This document shows positions 14,455 through 24,883 of a stretch of DNA of 64,000 bases, piece after piece. The stretch covers positions 12,462,001-12,526,000 of the forward strand of contig CM060731.1 in NCBI GenBank assembly GCA_030704615.1, written 5' to 3'. The position numbers and the translations under genes were made by a program. Below the pieces are notes generated by a model. It made no database searches, had not been told where the DNA came from, and worked only from the letters and a program-made list of their open reading frames with translations. This DNA comes from Takakia lepidozioides (lineage: Eukaryota; Plantae; Bryophyta). The stretch's first letter is position 1; each line of letters starts with the position of its first letter.

Positions 14455-14551
14455 CATGAGCCATGAGCCATGAGCCATGAGCGGCATGAGCCATGAGCCA
14501 TGAGCGGCATGAGCCATGAGCAGAGTTGTAAGTGTGGAAAAAAACATGAGC
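14455..14551 (+). repeat. Subterminal CATGAGC heptamer repeat (9 near-tandem copies + 1)
   Basis: Directly visible. Inverted copies (GCTCATG) occur at 24673-24729 and direct copies at ~24518 and ~24538. Confidence 0.9.
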
Positions 14552-14933
14552 AGCACTATTTTCCGGAAATGAGTGTCCGCGGGAATAGGGTTTAGGGTGC
14601 CACGGTCATAGGGGGAGAAGGACCTCCCGATGAAGGAGGTTCGGCAATGTTATTTAGAATTATATATTGAAAGGCAATGTTTCGCGAATGGAAGGGTGGT
14701 ACTGCTTTGTACAATGGGGGCCCATTTCAGCCTACCAGCCACTTGCAAAATCCACCCACACTCCCAATCCCAAACGAAATGAGCAATGACGCATTCTCGG
14801 AACGATGGACACAGAATAGAATAAAAAGAGGGCACAATGAGGTTTTTATTGATCCACATGAATTGCATTTGAAGCACGTCTACTGTGCTGATTGTGCAAT
14901 CAAATCTTTAGCCCTGTGCCTACTGAATACAAG

Positions 14934-17900
14934 TCACATTGTCAATGGGACTTCGACTGCTCTCAGAACTAGCTCATGAGTCATGGGGCTCCTCCAGGTA
15001 AAGTCGATTGCAGCCGTTGTATCGCCCCTAGTGATGTTCACCACAATGTCCTGCCCTTCAATCATACCACCATCGAATATGGAAATCTTCACGTTTTCGT
15101 CGTCCACACCAATGCAAATGTCCCCATACAATGGAGAAGAGGAGCGCACTCCTTCAGGAGAATAGGTCTCTCCGATGGAGTCCACCCACGTCCAGTGGCA
15201 GCAGTTCCACCGCAACAGCATAGCAGTGCGCCTTCTTCTGCATGGGTGACCGTCGTAGCTGGGAAAATCGGAATCGAGGATGCGCAGGAGCCACGGACTC
15301 CTCAGACCAAGATCGTCACCCCGCTCGAAGGCGTAGTGGCCTAGGATATACTCAAAAGCCACCAATGTTCCCACAATCGAACCAGTATCTTCTCTGTAAT
15401 CTGTGTACCAGATAACAATGTCTCCCGATGTGGCCGAATACATTGCATAATCGATGCCTCCAAATGGGCAGTCCTCCCGGTTCCGGAAGCACGGCATCCT
15501 TGCAAAGGAGGACCTGAGGACGACTTGGATGCCGATGACAATGACCTTGCGGACAGCTACGAAGCCCTTAGATTTTGGAAATGTTGCGAAGCGGAAGAGC
15601 AGTCCGGCCTCCAATAATGGAGCATCTAGGTCCCACGTACCCACCGACGGAGGTGGATGAACCCATACATCTTTCTCATCAACAAGTTATAGTTTGAGAT
15701 CTGCCACCGAAGTCCATCCCCCCGGATGGAAATTCGGCGCCGCATTTACATCGAAGAGGGGATGGACTTCGTCGTGTCCAGTGGCTATCGGCCCACCTGG
15801 CAGTGACTGCCCATAGTTTGCATGGCAGGGTAGGAAACTGAAACGGCTATATTCATGCAGCAGCCAATCTTCATCGGTCCAGGATCCTGTAGGGGGGGAA
15901 TTTAAATGTGCCCTGGAGTGTTTGTGAGGAATTGCAGCGTTAGCTTGAACTTTTTCCAGCCACCGCGTTGCTCCTCCTCCATCCGGGAGCTTCACAAGCT
16001 TTGACTTGTATTTGGTTCTGGACTTGACACCGGCTTCCTTCAAGTGCTCAGTCAATGACTGCAACGTTTTCACCTGCCCCTCACTTTCCATGAAGAAGCA
16101 TTTGGCATGGGCCAAATCCAGCTTGATGTTTGACTGCCAACAAAAACATGCAGAAGCGTTACATTCGATTCATGTGGAAAGATTACTGGAAATTGGGGAA
16201 GGATGAGCAGAGGGAAATCGGAGGACGACTTACTTCGTATATCACCTCCACCATTCCATCCATAGTGAGACGATACCATGTCCGGTCTGTTTTTGCAACG
16301 GCTTTCTGAATGAGCTTGGGCTCCAGCATTTCCGCAAACATCTGCGGATCAGTGAGACCAGTTTTCCTCACCCTGTACAGCATATGTGCCATGTGGGTAT
16401 GCACGTACGCATTCTTAGTGACCCTGCAAGGCACACTCTCCAGTTCAGTACACGGAAGCACGGAAACAAACCAGATTGGAAACCGAAATGCGGCACCGCA
16501 TTTCGAACGTGCTAGGGAGGGTATGAGTATCTTACGAGTTGAGGTCCGCCATGGCATTCTTGAGCAGGGAAGAGTCTGCCGCCTTCACCTTGAGGATGAC
16601 ACACTCCACCATGTAATGCCAGCCAATGTGCTTGGCATGGTTCTGCTTGATGTACTCCCACCAGGCAAGAAGTCGGTGATTCCCGTCCCACACAAAGAAC
16701 ATTTTACCCGACATATGGCCAAAGTCTGGATCACCCTTCAGCGTCGCCTCGAATTCGTGGTTGTGAGTGTGCCAGTGGGTATCCCACGTTGACAATTCAT
16801 CGGCAGTGGGTCCACGAGTTTCGCCATCCTCATTCTCAATGGAAACGTAAAACGCTGCCGATCCCAGACGGTACCCTTCTCGAAATGCGAACTTGAGCTT
16901 ATCTACATCTCCGGGAAGGGCCTGCCTGACGATGGGAAGGGAGACCATGCGACAGAGTGGGATTCGAAGAGTCCGCTGGAATACCCTGCTGCCCAAAACT
17001 CTGCCAATGCTACTGTGTGTCTCCTCCAACATTTTATCCGCTGCACTTTTGAAATCCTCCGGAGACATGTCTGTAGGTGCCGGTAGTGGCTGAGCAGCTG
17101 GAGCATCCTCAACTGGAGCTGCACTCTGGGGCCTGTCTGCGGGCAATTCTGCCATTGCAGAGGCCTCCTCCGGGCCTGCTTGCTCATTGGTGGTGAGGTC
17201 TTGCTGCGAACGTTGAGCGGCAGCACCCTCCTCCGGTACCAAATCGACAGAAACGGTCGATCCCATCGCCTTCGCTGCAGCAGAGTCGGCCCCAACATCT
17301 GCAGGCGGGAAATCCTCCAGGAACTGAGCTTCAGCTCGTGGAAGCGGTTTTGCGGGAGATTGTTCGGTCGTCGCCCTGATTGCCTTCTGCTTCCTCATCC
17401 TTGCAGGTGAAGGTGTCTGCTGCAATTGAATCTGTCTTTTACCAGGCTGCTTCATTCGCGTTGGTGGGGGTGAAGCGGCCTGAGCCGGTTCAGAAACCAG
17501 TAGAGGGACGGGCTGCTTCTTCTTCGACTTTGCTGGAGAAGGGCCCGACCCCTGCTGGCGATTCTCCATGACCAAAGAACGCGAGTCGATCTCTGGGGCT
17601 TTGAACTTGCCCTTCGAAGCCGCGTCTTTGAAACGCACAGGGCTAGGCCCGGCAGGAATACCCGCGCTCAGGGATCGGGTGGGTGTACGTGCTGCAGTTA
17701 GCTCCTCGGACTCTTCCTGCGGCTCTTCGGATTCCTGCGATCCCTCCAGCACGTCCACCTTTCCTGTTAGGCATGCAAACATGTTCTGCATTCAAGTCTC
17801 CTAGCATTCAGTCTAAGAATTACAGAAGCAAAATGGGGGGTTCGGTGCTCGATCAGCTGCGCGCAGCAGGATCGCATGGAGCTCTCACTGGTGGCTGGGT

Positions 17901-17972
17901 TGCCTGAGTGGCCTGCTGCTCGGAGATGGCAATCTCCTCCTGTAGACGCATCTGCTTCCTCCCCTTCGGCAT
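14934..17972 (-). pseudogene. Transposon accessory gene: low-complexity N-terminus + ParB/sulfiredoxin-like domain + unknown C-terminal region (spliced; at least one in-frame stop)
   Basis: ORF 16532-17791 contains IPLCRM...VRQALPGDVDKLKFAF...GY...FFVWDGNHRLLAW. Predicted GT-AG introns 16424-16535, 16134-16233 and 15701-15796 join ORFs 16183-16557, 15687-16115 and 14934-15644 in frame. TAA at 15687-15689. Probable first exon MPKGRKQMRL.. from 17972. The 3' end is uncertain. Confidence 0.65.
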
Positions 17973-18406
17973 CGGCCTACGTCCGAAGTATAATTTTCGG
18001 AGCTTGCGACGAGGTCTCCTGTATGGTGCACGAACTCCCCCCTCTCAGGTTTGAGCATAAGAAGAACAGAGACAGGGAAAAGGGGCAAAGAGTGCAGATG
18101 GAAAGGGCGCGAGAGGGGTGACTGAGGAGACACGACAAAAGTAGATGAAACGGCGGTGATGCACCACTTGGGTTCGAAAGGGTTGGACGAAAGTGTCTCC
18201 TCGTGGACTTTGCGTCATTACAAAATTCGAATCGTTCAGGGTACGCCTGCCGTCCGAAAAACAAACATCATTATCCAACGGTCAGGCTGCGCCGCCTCAT
18301 GCCACTTCAGTCAGATAGAGTGCAGACATGTGCTGCAATTCCGTTGCTCCACGTGTTCACATTTCAAGGCATTTCCGTCCCAGCATCTGATGAGTTGGAG
18401 TGAAAA

Positions 18407-19909
18407 TGCGAATGCGGCGCCGCATTTCCGTTAAGTACCATCACGAAGCTACACATCCGTACTTGTTGGAAGAAAAATGCGGCACCGCATTTCCGTTCCA
18501 CCTTCACATACCTTAGTTGTTGAACGGAAATACGGTGCCGCATTTCCGTCCCACAGCTCCATGTATGAGATACAAAAGGGAAATGCGGCGCCGCATTTCC
18601 GTTCAGGAATGTCGAAAGGTGCGATTCGGACGGAAATGCGGCACACCATTTCAGTTCCCGTGGTTCATGATTTTCAATCTGAATCGAAATACGGTACCGC
18701 ATTTCCGTTCCCCCTTCACATACCTTAGTTGATGAACGGAAATGCTGTTGCACATTTCCGTTCGGGAAAGTATAGAGGTCTCACCTGAACAGAAATGCGG
18801 TGCCGCATTTCCTGTCTGGAAAGTTTGAAGGTCTCACATGGATGGAAATGCGGCACCACATTTCCGTCCCACAGCTCCAGGCCTCGTATACAAAACGGAA
18901 ATGCGGCGCCGCATTTCCGTTCGAGAATGTCGGAAGGTGCGACTCGGACGGAAATGCGGAGCCGCATTTCTGTTCCCGTTGTTCACGATTTTCAGTCAGA
19001 ACGGAAATGCGGTACCGCATTTCCGTTCTGTAGAGTATTAAGGTCTGACCCTGGCGGAAATGCGGTGCCGCATTTTCGTTCCACAGCTCCATGCCTCACA
19101 TACAAAACGGTAATGCGGCGCCGCATTTCCGTTTTGGAATGTCGGAAGGTGCGACTCCGACGGAAATACGGTACCGCATTTCAGTTCCGATGTTTCACGA
19201 TTTTTCATCAGAACGGAAATGCGGTGCCGCATTTGCGTTCTGGAATGTTGGGAGGTGCGACTCGGATAGAAATGCGCTGCCGCATTTCAGTTCCGATGGT
19301 TCATGATTTTCAGTCAGAACGGAAATGCGGCACCGCATTTCCGTTCTGGATAGTATGAATGTCTCAACCGGTCGGAATTGCACTCGGCTCCATGCATCAG
19401 ATACAAAATGGAAATGCGGCGCCACATTTCCGTTCTGGAATGTCGGAAAGTGCGACTCGGATGGAAATGCGGTGCGGCATTTCTGTTCCCGTTGTTCATA
19501 ATTCTCAATCAAAACGGAAATGCGGTACCGCATTTCCGTTCTGGAGAGTGTTAAGGTCTCACCCGGGCGGATATGCGGTGCCGCATTTCCGTTCTGGAAT
19601 GTCGGAAAGTGCGACTCGGACGGAAATGCGGTGCCGCATTTCTGTTCCCTTTGTTCATGATTCTCAATCAGAACGGAAATGCGGTACCGCATTTCCGTTC
19701 CACCTTCACATACCGTGCTTGCTGGATGGAAATGCGTTACCGCATTTCCGTACCACCTTCACATACCGTGCTTGCTGGATGGAAATGCGTCACCGCATTT
19801 CCGTTCTGGAGAGTATAAAGGTTTCCCCCGGACGGAAACTCGGTGCCGCATTTCCGTCGCTCTGGTGCATGACCAAGATGCAATACGGAAATGCGGCGCC
19901 GTATTTCCG
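18407..19909. repeat. Phased array of 24-bp palindromes (CGGAAATGCGGCGCCGCATTTCCG), 53-bp period, ~28-29 units, five recurring 29-bp spacer classes
   Basis: Units start at 18472, 18525, 18578 ... 19320 (every 53 bp), a truncated unit at 19373 (17-bp deletion), then 19409 ... 19886 (every 53 bp). A degenerate unit lies near 18407. Confidence 0.95.
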
Positions 19910-20327
19910 TCCACCAGCAATCGAAAGAATCACTCGGGACGGGAAATTTGGAACGTGAATGGGTTGCATTGTTCCGAAACAACACAATTGCGGCCAGTCT
20001 TGATGAGCACAACTTGGTTGTCTGACCGTTTTAACTAATAGTACTGGCACTTGTCAGTGCGAACGTTCCTGTCTGCACCGAGAATACTGCTGGATCCACC
20101 CTCAGGAGAAACTGTCAGGAGATGTTATTTCGTCGCCGAATCGGCCATCATTGTCATACTTACTGGCTATGGAATCACACCTCCCACCTTCATGCATGTA
20201 GCTTGAAACAAATACTTTCCACTTCAATGTGCGACTTCCAATCGTCGATGGACTCCGCATGGTGCCTGTGAGCTTGGTCTGTCGCTATATACTGAACCTC
20301 GCACTTGCCAACTTCGTGCGGTGTTCG

Positions 20328-23300
20328 ATGGCTCCGAATTCCTACGCTATAGTTTGTTGTCCTCCGCAACTTGGGAGAGCCTGGATCCCAAACGAGGGAG
20401 GACTTTGCAGAGTGACTGAAACTTACCTTTGTTCCAAATTCAAGCTCAAACCGGGCACAGTTTATTTGGAAGAAGAAAGGAAGGATGTTCCTGGACAGGT
20501 TGACGAGACCATTGTCGTGCTAGGTAACGACGGAGGTTGCGGAATCGAATGGCACGTACCCCCATCAGACACCATCCTGTACCGAGCTGTGGGAATGCCC
20601 ATTCCCTTTCCGAATCAGTCGCTGCCCACACCATCCACAAAGGAGTCCCGAAACCGACAGGCGGCCACTGCCAACAGAGAGGTATGCAATGATAATCATT
20701 CCCGACCTGGACCGTCAAGACCCTCCATAGCTTCTCGTGTGGACGTATTCGACATTTCCGACGAGGAAGATGATTGCATTGAGGTACCTATGTCCTCCAC
20801 ACGTCGTTCAAATCCGGCATGGACGTCTCTGTAGGTGCTACGCATGTGCCCTCGAGCATAACTCCAAACCGGTCCATTGTGCAGCTCCTACGACAACATC
20901 ACCTCGATGGTTCTCGCTCCGAGCTGGCTGCTCTCGACTATGCCAAATTCCCAGTCAGAAAGGTAACGTTTTCGCCTCCCAAAGTCGATGGCAATGTCAT
21001 CTTCGAGTTTCCACCTGTTTCTTTGTCAAACAAAGCCTCGGGATGTTAACAGACATGGATCGAAAGCATGACGGACACCCCTGGTGTGTGACGAAGACCA
21101 GTAGCACGAAAATTGCTGATGGTGTTCGTGTACGATATGTCCTCTGTGCGGGGAAGCTAAGGTGCCTCAATCCCACCTGCTTCCACTTTCTCTCCAAAGG
21201 AGGGCGGAGAACGAGACGGATTGGACTGGCACAACGCATCATCCATTCATTGTCTCCAGCCAAGCTCCTGCGGGTTCTTTCAAGTGTGCACATTGCAAAG
21301 AACCCCCGACGTGCATGTCCATGTGCAGAGCCAAACAATATTACGTAATCCATTTGCTCCCGGACTTGACTAGAGCTTGCATACACGTTGGGGTCCACTA
21401 CAACCCCTTGGCGAGAGGCAACATGCGTGAGGCTGTGCAGGAAGCACACGACATCATAAAAGAGGAGGTGAAATTGAGTCCCGGAGCCAGACCAAAGCAG
21501 ATTCAGCTGAAGGCAGCCCACAAGATTGCTCTTGGCAAAATCATGTCTGAAGATGGTTCCGACCGAGAGCCCTTGACCGAAGACGAGATGCGTGACCTCT
21601 TGGAGTCCGTCTCGCACGTTTGTAGTCCGAATGTGCGGAATCACATCGTATCTTGCAAGCAGGAGTTCGGCAGGGGGTCGGACATGTATTCAATCCTGGA
21701 GGTGAAACGAATGACTGGATATGACTACATCCAAGGTAGCAGGTTTCCAGGTCAAGGCAGCGAATCCGATCGTTGTTACATTTTCAAAATGTCGACGTGT
21801 GGGCCTGGGAGTGGAGTCGACTTGGTCACTCGCATGACAACTGGAAACTTGTCGAAATGCTTGGGTGATGTTTGATCACATCAAGAGAATTACAAAACCA
21901 TCAGTGGGTGACTATGGGTGCGCATGTTTATGACTATCACTCCAAGAGGCTCATGACGATTGCAATCTGCGAGATGAAAGGGGAGGACACACAGTCCGAG
22001 ATGCATCTGTGGGAGGGCATAAACGAGCAGATAGCAAGGGCGGGATTGCCAGAGCCCAATTTCAGGGGATTCATGGCAGACAACGCTCAGGCCAACTGGG
22101 CAGCGGTGCGGCGTGTGTACGGTGAGGACCCCAATGTTCCAATGGAGGGGAAAGAGAGATCCTGTGGATTCCATTGGATGCAGAGTCTATCCCACTACAC
22201 TACCAAATTTGTTGCTAGCTCATTCCAGGCTGAACACCGTGTCCTTTGTACGGCGTGGAAGGATGCACCCACATTTGATGACGCGGAGGTAAAGTTTGCT
22301 ATCATCGAGGCTTGGTGGAACACGTCAGGTGCAGTGGAGACAACCAATCTGGGAGCATTGCACAGCTGGTTGGGGTGGTGGCATTTTCGGTATCGACAGT
22401 TCGGACAGTACATGCGGGAGGTAGGCTGCTGTCATTTTCGTTCATTTGTCTTTCTGTTACGGACATTTCGATTGGTCCCTCACCATTGTTTGTGTCCTTT
22501 AGGAGCGGTGCTTGGATTCCGACACGGACATGCCGAACACGAATATGGCAGAATCGGTCCACTCCTCCTGGCGAGCGTCTTTGCCGCACATCTGGTGGAC
22601 GTAGTGACGGCCACAACGGAGGACATCGACAGAGCAATCATGCAGCAAGCCACGTACTACAAGTTCCTGAGCGGCAAACAATGGGGCTTTGGGCCGGACA
22701 GGGAGGAATTGTTGGTACGAACAGCTTCGAGGTCCAAGAATCCACTGAAATGGGCGATTGCGAGAGAAGATCAAAGGGACGCCTCTGCACCGCAAAGGTG
22801 AACACCTAGAGGGGGACGTCCGGACTCGCCCTGTGAGGCGGAGGATTGAAGAGGAACCCGGGTGCGAAGAGGATTTCTGGAGATCCGACAGGAACATTCG
22901 GACAGCACCTCGAGGTCCCGTCATGTTGCCGCACAATGTGTCTTCCAGCAGTGGAAGCCCAAGAAATTCCAGATCGCCGTCGCCTTCAACCGGGATTTCG
23001 TGCGAGAAATTCCCACCGCTCCCTTGCCCCAGATTCCGCCCGCTGTTATGCAGTATGGCCAAGCCATTGTGGAGACGACTGTGTCTGCATCACAGTGGAG
23101 AATTGCTCGCACAAAGCCGTCGTTTCGAGGAAGGTGTTCCGCAATTCGTGTGGATACACGGCAACGTTGTTTAGAGATGATAAGGAGGAATCCAGATGGG
23201 GCTGTCCCTGCTCCTACTTTTACAGAAAGATTTGTCCATGCAAAGTTTGCGGAGACGACAACCACCCAGTTCTGGTTCTGCAGGCACGACATTATGACTT

Positions 23301-23926
23301 GCGTGTATGGAAAGCCCAAGTACGGCATACAAACAATGCCAGAGGCTCCCCCGGTGTGGCCGGTGGAACCAGGCTGCGATCTGAGTCAGGTTGAGGCCGA
23401 CGCCCTTACCGCCGCAGGATTTCGGATGGTGCAGCGCACTGACGTCCCCAGACAACCATTTCCGCTTCCACAGCCTCCACCACCGACCCCTGTGAGAGCA
23501 AGAATAATGGGACACGACAGCTCTAAGCATCCTACACACCGTTGGGGGAAACCGAAGAGGCGGCGACCTCCCTCAAAAGTGAACGAGACAAGGATGGGGA
23601 ATGCACTTCGGATGAACTGTACAATCCAGAGCTCGACAGAAGTGCCCCCACCAGGATTCGGGCGTGTGTATTAGATGGCCACGGCAGGCTCAGCTGTTCG
23701 CAATGAGGTGTACACCATCACCATTTCAGAATTACCCACCTGCAATTGCACCGACTTCCAGATCATGGCGAACAAGGGGGCATCATACTGCCCTTGCAAG
23801 CATTTGTACTACGTGTACCTAAAGAGACTCCGTTGTAATTCCACAACTCATCACTTCATACATGCACCGGGGTTGAGCCCCCAGGAGGTTCACACTCTTC
23901 TGAATATGGATCCAGGGGACCAGTGA
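20328..23926 (+). pseudogene. Mutator-like transposase: GCM/WRKY-like Zn DNA-binding domain, DDE core, C-terminal SWIM finger; several frameshifts/stops
   Basis: GCM-like DGHPWCVTKT..CAGKLRCLNPTC..CAHC..C..HVGVH. Catalytic D (MFDHIKR, ~21870), D (FMADNAQAN), CGFH motif, and E (TNMAES, after intron 22421-22502). SWIM finger TCNCTDF...PCKHLYYV at 23675-23926. In-frame TAG at 23672-23674. Confidence 0.85.
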
Positions 23927-24883
23927 GCTTGGCTTGCGGTCCCGATACAATGGTACGCCCATCCTTTTCGGATAGTAGAACTGTACTGCTGCCAGTACCT
24001 CAGACTCTGGCCACAGAAAGGTCCGACATATGTCTTGCCTACCAGTAACCTGTTTTGCTCGAACTAAGATATTACTATATCGTTCACTTGTTTCCACGTG
24101 CATGTATTTTTGTATGTTGGAGGGTTCATGTTTTTCTGCTTTCCGAAAAACTTGCTTTCCTCATTCGACCTCTGACAAGGAAATGCGGCGCCGCATTTCC
24201 AAGTATCGTCGTAGGTACTGGTAGAGGCGGGCCTTCGCCAACACCAAACCGCTCCGAAATTTCGCACGTGCGAACCCTAATGCGGCACTTATTTCCCAGT
24301 TCAGTTGCAAACCTTTCCCGCCGAATACCCGAAGAAGACAGAATTGTGAAGTACTGTAGACTCTATGGTGCAGACTCCATTGGTTCAATCGCGGCAAAAG
24401 GGTCAGCTTCATTCCAATGTTAAGGCATGTAAAACCGCGGAATACTCTATACAGGCCAGTATGCGACGTCCTTTTGCAGTGGTATACTGGATTTCCCGTT
24501 GCACGGTCACTTATTTCCATGAGCGGATCTAAAAAACCATGAGCGGACTTGTTACTGACGACATATCTTCGCCGCATTACATGATCTGGAACGTCCAAAA
24601 ACGGCAAGGTCAAATTTAAAACTATTATTTTAATACTTGCTTAATCTGCCGCATTTCCAAATTTGGAGGAGTCCGCTCATGAAATTCGCGTATCTTAGAC
24701 TTCGGCTCACCGCTCATGCGGCTCATGAATATAAAAACTACTAAAAAAAAAAAAGCTATAGATGGATTACCCACAATTGCGTGTTCAGTGAAATTGCCAG
24801 CCTCCTTACATGTGCCACCATGTTCTTGCTGCCTTTAATCAAGGAATGGGCCAGAGCACTGTCTAAGTCCCAGACAGTCCTCT

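Larger units (their letters stand above)
14439..24756. mobile_element. Mutator-like (MULE-superfamily) DNA transposon, ~10.3 kb, with an accessory ParB-like gene and an internal palindrome array
   Basis: Imperfect 24-bp TIRs in register: CAGGGGGCTGCTATTTCATGAGCC (14439-14462) versus the reverse complement of 24720-24743, TAGTAGTTTTTATATTCATGAGCC. CATGAGC subterminal repeats at both ends. Encodes a DDE transposase with a SWIM domain. The flanks rejoin an interrupted ORF. Confidence 0.8.

Noticed and set aside
18472-18495. Canonical bacterial parS site
   Set aside because: The palindrome does not match the parS consensus TGTTTCACGTGAAACA. The analogy is architectural only.
18407-19909. Bona fide CRISPR array
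   Set aside because: Spacers are not unique (five classes recur), no cas genes are present, and the context is a eukaryotic transposon with spliced genes.
18364-20050. The many overlapping ORFs with CGAAFP/NAAPHF/MRRRIS repeats
   Set aside because: They are translation artefacts of a stop-poor palindromic repeat and appear in several frames on both strands.
14439-24758. Helitron/Helentron interpretation of the large element
   Set aside because: No Rep/helicase motifs. The encoded enzyme has a DDE core with CxxH and a SWIM domain.
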